Source: an uncultured cyanobacterium (GTDB lineage: Bacteria; Cyanobacteriota; Cyanobacteriia; Cyanobacteriales; Cyanobacteriaceae). Taken from it: 64,000 nt of DNA. The notes beneath the pieces are model-generated. The model did no database searches and was not told the origin of the DNA. It worked only from the letters and a program-made list of their open reading frames with translations. The position numbers were made by a program, and so were the translations under genes. This document shows positions 51,739 through 63,322 of the stretch, piece after piece (within the stretch, counting starts at the first letter, position 1; each line of letters starts with the position of its first letter). The stretch is taken from the NCBI GenBank assembly GCA_963710605.1, contig CAVQBA010000004.1, positions 1,184,001 through 1,248,000 on the forward strand, given 5' to 3'.

Positions 51739-54069
51739 ATGGAAAAATTAGCACCGACAAATAACTTTAAAAGTTTGCTAGCGAAAATCAAAGCCTTACC
51801 GCAACCTAAAACCGAAGAATCGATTCTCTTAAGAATTCTTGTCCAATTAATGGTTATTGTCGCTATCGTAGCTACAGATGTAGCGGCTCTGAACATTTTC
51901 TGGATGAGTACTTGGGCAATACCTTTAAGTATCGTTGGTGCGGTAGTGAGTTGGCGTAGAAGAAAGCAAAAAAATATTGGCATAAAATTTATGTTAGCGA
52001 TCGCTATGGTTGCTACATTAGTCATTTTCTTTGGTAATCTGCTTAGTAATATCAACGATACCCGACTTGTTTTAGCTGAATTTTTAATCCAATTACAAGT
52101 TTTGCATAGCTTTGATTTACCCAGACGTAAGGATTTAGGTTATTCAATGGTTATTGCTTTAATCTTGATTGGTGTATCGGCTACTTTATCGCAAACCCTC
52201 GCTTTTGCCCCTTGGCTATTACTGCTACTAGTTTTAGCTATTCCTACCTTAATTTTAGATTATCGATTGCAAATGGGCTTGACTAGTTGGGAAAAACAAT
52301 GGTCAAAAAAATCATCTATTTCTCAATCAACCTCAACAAAAACTAGCTCATTATCTCTTAAAAAAGTCGGTTTTTATATTGCTATCATTATTACCCTAGG
52401 TTTAGCTATCTTTGCGATTATGCCTCGTTATCCAGGGTATCAAATTCAAAGTTTCCCTGTTAGTGCGCCCGATGGCTTTGAAAATCGTGATTTTACCGGG
52501 GCTGATAGAAGTGTTGTTAATCCGGGTTATAACCCTGATGGTACGCCTAATGGCGATTTGATTGGTGAAGGAGAAAATGGTGCAGGGCAACAAGACGACA
52601 CTTCTTATTATGGTTTTAATACTAAAATCAATCAAAACTTTAGTAATACAATTGGAACTAAAGAATTACTGTTTAGAATTCGATCGCAATATCCGGGTTA
52701 CTGGCGAGTTTTAGGATTTGATCATTATACAGGACAAGGATGGGAAATTCTTAGAGAAGAACAAACGGCTGAGATTAAAAGAAATCCTTGGAATTATCAG
52801 TTTCGTCTAAATGTACCTCCAATTAAGGGAGAAACTAAAAAGGTAATTCAAACTTATACGACAGTTGTTAATTTACCAAATATTATACCTAGTCTGCGTT
52901 ATGCTCAAACTATCTATTTTCCTGCTACTGAAATTGCCGTAGATTCTGAAGGCAGTTTACGCTCTCCTTCGGGTTTAATTGATGGTTTGACTTATACCAC
53001 TATTTCTCGTGTACCTTATCGTAATCAGACTCAATTACAACAAGCAGGAGATAATTATCCTGATTTAATTGAAAAATATTATTTAAGTTTGCCCCCAGAG
53101 GTTAAAGTCAGAGTAAAAGTAAAAGCAGAAGAATTATTAGCACTTGCCGATCGTGAATTAACCTCTAATTATGATAGAGCTTTGTATTTAGCTCAAGCAA
53201 TTAAACAAAATTATAGTTTACAAACCGATATTCCTCGTTTAGCTGAAGGGGAAGATTTAGCCGAGGCTTTTTTAGAGCAAAACCAAGGTGGTTATCCTGA
53301 TCATTTTGCGACGGTTTATACTTTGATGTTACGATCGTTAGATATTCCTAGTCGTTTAGTCGTCGGTTTTGCACCCGGAAGATTTAACCCTTTTACTGGT
53401 TATTATTTGGTACATAACACCGATGCTTATGCTATGACTGAGGTTTATTTTCCTGATTATGGTTGGTTTTATTTCGATCCTTTACCCGGACATGATATTA
53501 TCCCTGTATCGTTTCAAGATGATAATCTTTTTGGTGTTTTAGGGTTGTTATGGAAATGGGTTGCTAGTTGGTTGCCTTCACCGATTACTGCTTTTATTAC
53601 GGCTGTTTTCAGTCGAATATCTCAAGCAATTTTAAGTATATTTCAAGCACCTTGGTTAGCTAAATTATGGCAATTTATAACTGGTAGTTTTATTGGTGTT
53701 TTATTAGGTTTTTTGGGTTTAATTATTCTTAGTTTTATCGCTTGGTTACTTTTTAAATATTTCCAGAAAGTCTGGGAAACACGTCGTTTAAATAAACTTC
53801 ATCCGATGGCTAAAATATATCAACAAATGCTAAATCTACTACAAGAAAAAGGTCATCTTAAAAATAAAGCTCAAACTCCTTATCAATATAGTCATAGTTT
53901 AAGTAATGTAGTCGAAAGCGAACAGTTAGAAATTATCAATTTGATTACTGACAATTATGTCCAATGGCGTTATGGTAAACTAACTCCGAATACAGAGCGT
54001 TTACGATCGCAATTTGCTTTATTACAAAAAAGTTTTGATCGCAATCGCCAGTTGACTATTAGTAATTAG
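51739..54069 (+). CDS. Transglutaminase-like TgpA family membrane protein (DUF3488/DUF4129)
   Basis: TM N-terminus, YWR..GFD.Y.G.GW, GYPDHFA, RLVVGF.PG, AMTEVYFP..GW..FDP. Confidence 0.85.
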   Translation: MEKLAPTNNFKSLLAKIKALPQPKTEESILLRILVQLMVIVAIVATDVAALNIFWMSTWAIPLSIVGAVVSWRRRKQKNIGIKFMLAIAMVATLVIFFGNLLSNINDTRLVLAEFLIQLQVLHSFDLPRRKDLGYSMVIALILIGVSATLSQTLAFAPWLLLLLVLAIPTLILDYRLQMGLTSWEKQWSKKSSISQSTSTKTSSLSLKKVGFYIAIIITLGLAIFAIMPRYPGYQIQSFPVSAPDGFENRDFTGADRSVVNPGYNPDGTPNGDLIGEGENGAGQQDDTSYYGFNTKINQNFSNTIGTKELLFRIRSQYPGYWRVLGFDHYTGQGWEILREEQTAEIKRNPWNYQFRLNVPPIKGETKKVIQTYTTVVNLPNIIPSLRYAQTIYFPATEIAVDSEGSLRSPSGLIDGLTYTTISRVPYRNQTQLQQAGDNYPDLIEKYYLSLPPEVKVRVKVKAEELLALADRELTSNYDRALYLAQAIKQNYSLQTDIPRLAEGEDLAEAFLEQNQGGYPDHFATVYTLMLRSLDIPSRLVVGFAPGRFNPFTGYYLVHNTDAYAMTEVYFPDYGWFYFDPLPGHDIIPVSFQDDNLFGVLGLLWKWVASWLPSPITAFITAVFSRISQAILSIFQAPWLAKLWQFITGSFIGVLLGFLGLIILSFIAWLLFKYFQKVWETRRLNKLHPMAKIYQQMLNLLQEKGHLKNKAQTPYQYSHSLSNVVESEQLEIINLITDNYVQWRYGKLTPNTERLRSQFALLQKSFDRNRQLTISN

Positions 54070-54670
54070 TTTTATCGATCGTTTATCTGATTGAATTAAG
54101 AAAAATTATTAACAATAAATTATTTATTAATTATTATTAAAATTTAATCTTCACCGATAAACTAAGTTATAATTGATACTACTAAAAATTTATTTTCTTA
54201 AAGTAAAAATTATAGATAGAATCAGAACAAAAAAAAGAAAAGATTCAGTAGAAAGTGAATTAATACGGTCTTTTGTCGAAAACGACGATCGTTTTAACGA
54301 AACACATAAGATAAATAAATCAAACTGAAATTGGCAAAAATAAACCTTGGTTACAATTTGATTTAATAATCTATTATCTATTATTAATTGTTATTCATTC
54401 TTGATAATTTATCGAAAAATCACCTTTGCCTTTTGCACGAGTGCACGAGTGCCCTTTTGACGCTCAGTATAAACACTTAAAGTAATCAAGGAAAAGCTCT
54501 TATAATTAAAAGATTAGACAAAAAATCAGTAATTAAGCTGATCTAAAAAACCATATTTTCCAGTAAAATCATATTATCCGACAAAAAATAACCACTGAGG
54601 TTGTCCAAATAACTTTATGTATTTATTTGCGAAAATTTAAATTATCGTTTGTACACTATTGTAGATAGCC

Positions 54671-55996
54671 GTGAATATAATTAATCTGCCCAACCATCAT
54701 CAATATCATATTACTGTCGGAGAGCAGGATATATACGATCATTTGTTGGATTGTGTGCAAACACAACATCCTCAACAAGTACTGGGAAGATTTCATCGTC
54801 TGTTTATCGAAACTAAAAGTTATGACAATCAAGAAGTACTAAATATACTCGCCACAATTATTAGTAGCCCTCTGGCAGAGCAAACTTTTTCATCTATTTT
54901 GAATCGTTGTTGTCATATTTTAATTAATCCTTGGCAGTTACAAGTTAATACCCAAAATTATATTACCAAGTTAGTAGATTTATTTGAGTCTATACCTGAG
55001 ATAGTCAATACACGTAAAAGTAAAACTTATTCAGGTAGAATGATTCAGTTAGTCAGAAAATTTTTGGAAACTGATTATTATGTACAATTAAAACGTTTAT
55101 CCACTATTGTCGTTCAAAATCAAGAGCGGAAAATTAATGTCGGTAAAAAACAAGAAACTTTAGGTAATTTAATTATCCGTTATCCTTATTTATATGACCA
55201 TTGCCTCTTAACTCATGATAGTGGTAATGAGCAAAAACAAACTGTTTATGAGGTTAAAAATAAGATTGAGCGTAAATTTGAGTCTCAATTATCAAAGTTT
55301 GTCACTTATCAAATCAGAGTAGCACAAGTAGGAAAAGAAAAGATTATTATACCTACCACTGATTATAGAGAATCAAAAATTATCCAACCTGTGAAAAATC
55401 CTACCTTATTAAGCGATCGAGATTTAGGTAAAACTTTAAAGCATTTTGTCGGACCAATAAAAAACGGTAATTCTTATCAAGACTTATCCCGTAGTTTTGT
55501 TCATCATAGCAACGATATTCGCAATTATCAATTATTTAAAGATGATTTGTATGAATATGTCATGCAATCGATCGATGGAAAATATGCAAACAATACATTT
55601 AATAAGCGTTTATATCAAAAAATGCAACAAATGTATCCAGGGCGTAACAATAGTAAACCAGATGAGTTTTTAAGAATGCGTACTTATAGTCAATTATTTA
55701 ATTATTTGATTGTAGATAGCCATAGTAATCCTAATCATTTAGTTTTCATGGATATGATTAGTAATATGGGTACAACGAAAACGATCGGTGTAATGCTTAA
55801 ATTAGCCTTACTTTGTGGTAAAGCTAAACCGTATATTGAGAAAAAGTTTTCAATTCTTTTTAATCATTATGAATCTTTTAACAAAGATGGTGCAGGCTGG
55901 CTAGTTAGAAGTTTAGAAAAACTCAATGTTGCTTTTAGTTCTAATTTTGGTAAATTAGATACGTCTTATTTAAGAAGAATTTATCGTCAAAGTTAA
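54671..55996 (+). CDS. Conserved cyanobacterial hypothetical protein
   Basis: 441 aa; YDHLL, ILNRCCHILINPW, LG.LI.RYPYLY.H, LFNHYE motifs. Confidence 0.7.
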   Translation: MNIINLPNHHQYHITVGEQDIYDHLLDCVQTQHPQQVLGRFHRLFIETKSYDNQEVLNILATIISSPLAEQTFSSILNRCCHILINPWQLQVNTQNYITKLVDLFESIPEIVNTRKSKTYSGRMIQLVRKFLETDYYVQLKRLSTIVVQNQERKINVGKKQETLGNLIIRYPYLYDHCLLTHDSGNEQKQTVYEVKNKIERKFESQLSKFVTYQIRVAQVGKEKIIIPTTDYRESKIIQPVKNPTLLSDRDLGKTLKHFVGPIKNGNSYQDLSRSFVHHSNDIRNYQLFKDDLYEYVMQSIDGKYANNTFNKRLYQKMQQMYPGRNNSKPDEFLRMRTYSQLFNYLIVDSHSNPNHLVFMDMISNMGTTKTIGVMLKLALLCGKAKPYIEKKFSILFNHYESFNKDGAGWLVRSLEKLNVAFSSNFGKLDTSYLRRIYRQS

Positions 55997-56105
55997 AAAA
56001 AAAATCGACAACTATAGTTATTTTAACTCCGACTGAGACAGCCAAAATCAACAATAAAAAAAATGAGTTGTTTAACCACCACTTTAATTTAAACTCTTGA
56101 ATCTA

Positions 56106-58160
56106 TTAACTAACTTTAAAGGTTTCCACAGAAGACTGTAATTGACGTGCTTTATCAACAGTATCAATTAGAGAGTTAGCCACCTCAGTTGAAGAATTAG
56201 AACTAATTTGAGCAATTTGAGCAATTTCTTTCATCAAATTAGCTACCTCAGTTGAAGTTTTCGTTTGAGAAACAGTAGCCCCACTAATCGATTTTAATAA
56301 CTGATTTATTTCCCCCGAAACTAAAGTAATTTCACCAAAACCTTTTTTCGCTTCTTCTACTAGTTTTGTACTTTTAACGACTTGTGTTGTACCATCTTCC
56401 ATTGCTTGTACGACACTACTGGTTTCTTTTTGAATTGCTTCAACAATTTGTTCAATTTCTTTAGTTGCTACCGCCGATTGTGCCGCTAATTGCCCGACTT
56501 CTTCAGCTACTACAGCAAATCCTCTACCTTCTTCTCCTGCCCGTGCGGCTTCAATTGAAGCATTAATTGCTAATAGGTTGGTTTGTAAAGCAATTTGATT
56601 GATTAAAGAAATAACCTTAGAAATCTGTTGAGAAGACTCTCCTAAACGTTTAACTTTTTTCGCTGTTTCCCCTACTGTTTCTCTTAATTCGACAATACTT
56701 TGTACTGTTTTATCGATCGTTACTTCCCCGGTTTTAGCTGTATTTGAAGCTAATTGAGCAACCTTAGCCGCCGATTGAGTATTTTGAGCAACTTGGCGAA
56801 TTGAGCGAGTCATTGTTTCCACAGATTCAAGCATTTGCTGAATTTTTTGGGATTGATTAATTGACTCTCTAGCTAATTGAGCAATTTCTTCTTCATCATT
56901 AATCAATGATTTATTTACCTTAATTGTTGTCTGTTTTACTTGGGTTACTAACTCTCGTAAACTTTCGACAATCGAATTAAAAAAGTCGGCAACAATCCCA
57001 ATTTCTCCATCACTAATTTTAGCCCTAACTGTCAAATCTCCACCAGAGACACCTTCAACATCACTAAGTAAAGAAAGTAAATCATTTTGAATCACTTCTC
57101 TTTGTTTTGTTTGCTCAGTTGCTAAGTTTTCTGCCTCTTGTTTAGCTATTTCTACTTGTTGTAAGGTACTTTTTTGCTCTTCTAACAACAACCTTACTTG
57201 ACTAACTAGATTATTAAAATTGTTATTTAAAGTAACTGCTTCTAAATTTCCTCCTACCTCAGATACCTTATCTAAATTACCTGCTGAAACTTCTCGGGCA
57301 TTATTTGCTAATTGAGTAAACGGTTTTGATAATTGATTAGAAAGATAAAAAATAGTAGTTGTAATTAGTAATGCCAAAATAGTCGTAATAACTAAAAGAA
57401 TACTTATTAATTCACCACCTTGTGTTTGTAGTTGTGCTTCATCAATCGATGAAATCGAAACAAAAGGTGTATTAGGATTAGTGGCGATATAATAACGCTT
57501 ATCTAAATAAGCAAATTCGGCGATTAAACCATTATCATTTTGATTAGCTTGATTAGCTGAGGAATTAATAGATGATAAATCTAATTCATTTATGCCATCA
57601 TATTTTTCGGCTATTATTTGGGCATCAACTGCATTGTTTTCATCTGAAGTATTATTTAATCTATTTTGTTGAGATGTAACTAAATCTCGAGCTAGATTCA
57701 AAACTGTTTCGCCACCAACAATCGTTTGATTAGTCGTATTATCATCTTTAGTAATATTTCGAGTAACAGTACCGTTTTCAAGATTGACAATTTGAATAGT
57801 TTGTGTATCAGTAATACCGCTTTGTTGCAAATAATTTATTACAGATTCATTATCATTATTACGGGCTAAAACAGCTTGATTTTCTATTTTGTCTTCTAAC
57901 TCATGCTCTAACTCTTCATGCACTATCCAATAACTAATACCACTAATAATAACTAAAGGCGTTAATACAGTTGGTAAAACCGTCATTAATAGTTGAGTGC
58001 GGATTTTTCGATCGGCTTGAAAAGGACTTATTTTTTGCCAAAAATTTCTTTTTTGAGGAGGAATAGCTTGATTTGGCTGATTGTCATCCAGATTATTTTC
58101 AACTAAAAAGCCAGTTTCTGAAGATTGATTGTTAGTAGATTCGGAGTTAGTACTTAACAT
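56106..58160 (-). CDS. Methyl-accepting chemotaxis protein (2 TM, HAMP, MA domain)
   Basis: [46 protein letters not shown]. Confidence 0.93.
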   Translation of the reverse strand: MLSTNSESTNNQSSETGFLVENNLDDNQPNQAIPPQKRNFWQKISPFQADRKIRTQLLMTVLPTVLTPLVIISGISYWIVHEELEHELEDKIENQAVLARNNDNESVINYLQQSGITDTQTIQIVNLENGTVTRNITKDDNTTNQTIVGGETVLNLARDLVTSQQNRLNNTSDENNAVDAQIIAEKYDGINELDLSSINSSANQANQNDNGLIAEFAYLDKRYYIATNPNTPFVSISSIDEAQLQTQGGELISILLVITTILALLITTTIFYLSNQLSKPFTQLANNAREVSAGNLDKVSEVGGNLEAVTLNNNFNNLVSQVRLLLEEQKSTLQQVEIAKQEAENLATEQTKQREVIQNDLLSLLSDVEGVSGGDLTVRAKISDGEIGIVADFFNSIVESLRELVTQVKQTTIKVNKSLINDEEEIAQLARESINQSQKIQQMLESVETMTRSIRQVAQNTQSAAKVAQLASNTAKTGEVTIDKTVQSIVELRETVGETAKKVKRLGESSQQISKVISLINQIALQTNLLAINASIEAARAGEEGRGFAVVAEEVGQLAAQSAVATKEIEQIVEAIQKETSSVVQAMEDGTTQVVKSTKLVEEAKKGFGEITLVSGEINQLLKSISGATVSQTKTSTEVANLMKEIAQIAQISSNSSTEVANSLIDTVDKARQLQSSVETFKVS

Positions 58161-58504
58161 TAATTACTATGGATAAAATTTGATGTAAACGGGTTTTCCA
58201 ATTAATATAATTGATTACAAATACATGACAAATAGCTGAAACAATTGTTTGCTTTATCTATTCATAATTTATTAACTATTATAAATTTCAGGAATAATTT
58301 GAGCCAACAATTAACAATTATACAATTAATTCTTCATTATAATAAATAATACGATAAACAAATATTTAATTTAAATAAAAACAATTACTGATAGCTTAAA
58401 TATTAATTTTTTTATAAATCTTAATTAATATTATATTTATATCATAAGAAAGAAGAAACTAATAATTTTAAGACTAAAACAAATATTAATAATTACTAGT
58501 TTCA

Positions 58505-58981
58505 TTAATATACCGATTGATATTCGGTAATAGCAATAGCGTCCAAGATATAAATTAGTTTACCCTCATCTACAACCCAACCATTCAGATAGGGAATAAT
58601 AGATTCAGAAATATCATCCCACGAAGATTGTATTTGATTAGACGTAATACGAGTTACACCCTTTATCTGTTTTACTACCAAACCAACAAAAATATTATTT
58701 ATCTCCATAAAAGCAATGTTATATTCTCTCGCACCTTTGCAATTAAAATCTAAACTTAACAATAAAGGTAAATCAATCAACCAATAAATACCATTACGCT
58801 GATTAATAAGCCCCATAACACATGGGGGCATATTGGGAATACGGCTTACTTGTTCACTATTAATAACTAAAACTTCTTGAGCATATTTCATCGGCAACAA
58901 ACCTTGAGTCTGATTATCTAGTTGTAGCCTTAGATAAGACTCTCCTAAATTTTGAGGTGTTTGAGTTGAGGAGAAAGTCAT
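58505..58981 (-). CDS. cheW: CheW-like adaptor
   Basis: IPNMP.CVMGLINQR..I.WLIDL, GLVV..I.G. Confidence 0.88.
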   Translation of the reverse strand: MTFSSTQTPQNLGESYLRLQLDNQTQGLLPMKYAQEVLVINSEQVSRIPNMPPCVMGLINQRNGIYWLIDLPLLLSLDFNCKGAREYNIAFMEINNIFVGLVVKQIKGVTRITSNQIQSSWDDISESIIPYLNGWVVDEGKLIYILDAIAITEYQSVY

Positions 58982-59011
58982 AGTAAATAGCTTTAGTATT
59001 TGTGTTTTGAT

Positions 59012-59371
59012 TTAGATGACTGATTTAACAGCAGTAAGAATTTCGTCTTGAGTATAAGGTTTTGTAATATATATATCAACTCCTTGTCTCATTGCCCACA
59101 TTTTATCAATGTCTAAACTTTTAGATGAGCAAGCGATGATGGGTAAATTTTTGGTATTCGGATTTTTTTTCAAACTACGGCATAATTCTAAACCGCTCAT
59201 TTCTTCCATTACTAAGTCGGTAATTAATAAATTAGGTTTTTGTGCCAAAACTTTTCTTAAACCTTCTTTTCCTGTGTTAGCTGTAATTACTTTATAACCT
59301 CCTTCGGTTAAATAATTTTTCATTAATTCCATTTGTGATACCGTATCTTCTACAACCAAAATAGTAATCAT
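59012..59371 (-). CDS. CheY-like single-domain response regulator (PilH/PixH type)
   Basis: ILVVED, ITDLVM..MSG.ELCR, W..RQG...YI.KP. Confidence 0.9.
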   Translation of the reverse strand: MITILVVEDTVSQMELMKNYLTEGGYKVITANTGKEGLRKVLAQKPNLLITDLVMEEMSGLELCRSLKKNPNTKNLPIIACSSKSLDIDKMWAMRQGVDIYITKPYTQDEILTAVKSVI

Positions 59372-60069
59372 AATATTTTTTGGTGATTAATTGTTATTGA
59401 GTAATTTATTGAAGAATATTAAAGACTTTAATTTTCTATTTTTTCTTATTTAGACAAAATATTAGATAGTTTTTCCAGTTTAAGAATAAAAGCGAAAAAT
59501 TATTTTTGTTCGACATAAAAACGTTGTTTACATTTAATTACCACTTAAATATCGAAAAGCAATTTCTAATAAATCGTCTTGAGTAAAAGGTTTATTCATA
59601 TAATCTGTCGCACCAGACATTTTTGCCTTCGCTCGGTTAATAATACCAGTGTTACTAGTAAGCATGATTATCGGTATATTTTTAAAAATTGCATTTTTTC
59701 TTAGTAAAGAGCAAAGCTGATAACCATCAATTAATGGCATACTTATATCCATAAAAATCAAATCAGGCTTGATTCGATTCATTAACATCATCGCTTTAGG
59801 GGCATTATTAATCGGATAGACAAAAATATTATCTTGATTTAAAAATTCTTTAATCGAATCAAGTACCGTTGGGCTATCATCAATACAAGCGATTTTATAT
59901 GTTTTTAAAGTTTGTTCTATTTTACTCACGGGTAAAATACTTTCAGGTATTTTTTCTTCTTGTTTTTTCGGCAGGGCGATCGCTTTTTTGGCACTATTTT
60001 CGGTTAGTTTTATTAATTTTTCTAACGGGCTTTTCGGTTCTCTTAAAATGATCAGTTTTTTCTGGATTA

Positions 60070-60905
60070 GATAGTGTCGTCAAATTAAAATAATTCTGCT
60101 ATAGTTAATTTATATTGACCTAAAAGGAGAATCAATGAAAGCGCATCGACGGCATGATATTTCAGATAGATTATGGAAATTATTAGAACCACACTTACCA
60201 GGAAGTAAAGGTAGTGTAGGTCGTCCCGCATCAAATAACCGATTGTTCATTAATGCGGTCTTCTGGATATTACGCACAGGTGCTCCTTGGCGAGACTTAC
60301 CGCCAGATCTTGGAGATTGGAAAAATACGCAACGTCGTTTCTGTCGTTGGCGCGATCGAGGTGTGTGGGAAGCGTTACTAGAAATTTTTATCGATCAGCC
60401 TGATTATGAATGGCTGATGATCGATGCCTCTCATTGTAAAGTGCATCCTCATGCGGCAGGAGCTAAAGGCGGAAACCAAGACATGGAACGTACAAAAGGG
60501 GGCTCAACACAAAGATACATCTGGCCGTGGATGCGCATGGTATGCCGGTCAGAGCGATTGTTACGTCAGGTACCGTTGCAGATTGCACACAGGCTTTCGC
60601 TTTAATCGATCAAATCAGTGCCGAACATCTGTTAGCGGATAAAGGATATGACTCAAATGCGATCGTAGAGCAGGCGCTTAAACAAGGAATCAAAGCAGAA
60701 ATTCCACCCAAAAAGAACCGAATAGAGCAGCGCAAATATGATAAAGAACTCTATAAATTACGACATTTAGTCGAAAATGCTTTTTTACATCTCAAGCGGT
60801 GGCGAGGTATTGCAACCCGTTATGCGAAACACACCAGCTCATTCTTAGCTGCCGTACAAATAAAATGTATTGAGTTATGGAGTAAAATAATTTGACGACA
60901 CTATC
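60070..60905 (+). mobile_element. IS5-family (IS427-group-like) element, 836 bp, 18-bp perfect TIR, TA target duplication
   Basis: GATAGTGTCGTCAAATTA / TAATTTGACGACACTATC; TA at 60068-69 and 60906-07; higher GC than flanks. Confidence 0.95.
60135..60895 (+). CDS. IS5-family DDE transposase, two ORFs joined by probable -1 frameshift at AAAAGGGGG (~60494-60502)
   Basis: ORFA WILRTGAPWRDLP..IDAS; ORFB NTKIHLAVDAHG, LADKGYD, YKLRHLVEN.F..LK.WRGIATRY. Confidence 0.9.
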
Positions 60906-61940
60906 TAAGGGATATAATCTTTGTACTACTGTTAATTCATCTATATTTAATAAAGCGGCTAATTCTCGAAAGTTAAATCCTTTTAAAATTTTACCTAATT
61001 TATCTCGATCGAAAGTAGATAATTGTATTTGAGAAGAATTATCGGTATTAGTTAAACCAGTAGTCAGATATGGGCGTTGATAAGTTGAGTTTATTTCAGG
61101 CACAAATTCTTGCCATTTAGTTAAATTTACCTGTGAATCTTTGATTACTTCTTGAAGACTATGCTCACAAATATTAGGGATTTTGCATTCGTAAATTTTG
61201 ACTTGAGTTCGAGAAATTTTTTTAATTAATAATAACGATTCAATAATTTCTTGGCTAATTTTTTTCCCTAATAAGCTTAATTGCTCGCTATTTAAATATT
61301 TATTTTTAGCTAACCAAATAATTTTATTAAATTCTTCTTTTAGTTTTTGCTTACTTGAATTAGTATCTTCTTGATCTATTTTTAAGTTTAATTTATTCCA
61401 AATACTTTTAATGTTAGGTACTTGATGACTTATCTGTTTCAAATGTCTTTCTAAAATACTGTTACTTAAAATAGAATTTGTTGCATACAGTAACTGATTT
61501 CCTTTTAAATAAAAACTATATTTACTAGAATTATGCACAAACTCCACTGCCAAGTTTGTTTGTGATAATGCCGCTTTTTGTAAATATTGGATTGGATTAA
61601 CTGTATTATTACCTGCTATAACCATACTCTCTAATTAATAGCGATTATTTTTCAAAAATAGTTGTGTTTGTTGTTTTTTCATCTCATAATTTATGATAGT
61701 AGCTCAATATTAGTAACTAAATAGTATTAATTTTATCGATCGTAAATTAGACGATCGTTTTGAGATAGTGTTGTTAAAGTCCTCGCAGTAAATAAGAACA
61801 TTATATTATCTATCTTAAATTTAATTTTTTTAGCTTGAAATCAAAGTATAAACCACTTCATCATATTAGAATAGATTTCCTCTTCACTAACAAAATCTAT
61901 CAACGATTAAAATTATTAATTAGTTTGATTGATTAAAATA

Positions 61941-63107
61941 TTATTGGCATAAAGATAAATCTAATTTATCGAGACAATTATTTTTTTCTTCTTTTGTCAA
62001 GTCTTCAATTTTAATATCTCTTCTTAAAACCATACCGTTATGCCCGATTAATAAGCGAGGTAGTTTTTCAGAGGCAACTATTTCAAATTTAGGTAAACTA
62101 TAAGTGGTATAACGAGTCAAGTCACGATCGTCAAAATTAACATCAACTACTGTAATTGTCTTCATAGGAGCAGTTGAGTCTTCGATTAACAAACGTGAAC
62201 CGCCTCCTAATGCCCCAGTATGTAATAACTGTAACTCTCCTTTATGGGCAGGATAATAGGCGTGATGATGACCGCTAATATAAGTATGTACGTTATGTTT
62301 TTCGAGCATGGTACGCAACCCTTCGGCATTATTTAAAACTTCACCCGGTGTATTTCTACCTTCAGCGACGGCATATAAAGGTAAATGCCCAATCAAAATT
62401 TTCATTTTAGCGTTATTTGCTTCACTACTATCAAGGCTTTTTTCTACCCATGCTAAGTTGTCATCACTGATACGACTAGACGAACCATCCCAAACTAGAA
62501 AGAAAATATCGTCTTGCTTGAAAGTATAATAAAAAGGAAACTGATCACGATCGATAAAATCAAGTTGAGGATCATTTTTCGGGTTTTGCCAATATTCAAC
62601 TGCTAAATCTCTTTCTTGCTGAAATAAAAATTTACTTTTATCAAAAGCAATAGCACTAGAAGCATCATGGTTACCCACAGTAAAACCAAACGGTATCTTT
62701 AAGTCTCTAATTGGTTGAGCAACATAACGATCGAAACTTTGCCACATAGCTCGTATTTGAGTTGGTGTCAATGAAGGTTTTTGCCCTGCAATCATATCAC
62801 CACTACACAAAACCAAATCAGGTTGCCAAAACGGAATCATTTTGATGGCTAAATGTACTTCATCATCATATTCAGTTGAACCATAAGCACTATTAAGATC
62901 ACTAATTACTAATAATCTTACATCACCTTTGTTTTCAGGTTGCTTAATGTTATGTTGCTCAACAATTTTTTGTATTTCCAAAGGCAACTTTGTTTGAGTT
63001 TGAAAGTTGTTGGCTTGTGATTTTCCAGAATCAAATTGAGTAAATATTATCAGCATAAAACTAATCAAGCTAATAATAATAAATATCAACAATTGTGTTT
63101 TTTTCAT
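61941..63107 (-). CDS. Secreted metallophosphoesterase
   Basis: ISDLN, SGDM, GNHD, GHLP, SGHHH; N-terminal signal/TM. Confidence 0.88.
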   Translation of the reverse strand: MKKTQLLIFIIISLISFMLIIFTQFDSGKSQANNFQTQTKLPLEIQKIVEQHNIKQPENKGDVRLLVISDLNSAYGSTEYDDEVHLAIKMIPFWQPDLVLCSGDMIAGQKPSLTPTQIRAMWQSFDRYVAQPIRDLKIPFGFTVGNHDASSAIAFDKSKFLFQQERDLAVEYWQNPKNDPQLDFIDRDQFPFYYTFKQDDIFFLVWDGSSSRISDDNLAWVEKSLDSSEANNAKMKILIGHLPLYAVAEGRNTPGEVLNNAEGLRTMLEKHNVHTYISGHHHAYYPAHKGELQLLHTGALGGGSRLLIEDSTAPMKTITVVDVNFDDRDLTRYTTYSLPKFEIVASEKLPRLLIGHNGMVLRRDIKIEDLTKEEKNNCLDKLDLSLCQ

Positions 63108-63322
63108 TTGTGACTAATAGAGTATCAATTGTCAACTAACAGTTAAACACATAATCAAGTATAAAGTAATAACTCAATCAACAATTCTGACAATATTATT
63201 AGGATTATCTTCTGCTAAATCATTAAATTTCATGTACTTAGATTAAACAAATTAAATTAGGTCATAAAAATGCTGTTAATATTAAAATCATCAAAATATT
63301 TATCATTTAAATTAAGAGTGGA

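Larger units (their letters stand above)
59534..61625 (-). pseudogene. PatA-family response regulator (PixG/PilG type) interrupted by IS5-family element
   Basis: Removing the IS and one TA rejoins ..QRLYPL|IQKKLIILREP..PVSKIEQTLKTYKIACIDDS.. in one frame. Confidence 0.92.

Noticed and set aside
60792-60905. C-terminus DSVVKLFYS.. of ORF 60792-61625
   Set aside because: Read-through into the antisense strand of the IS, not native sequence
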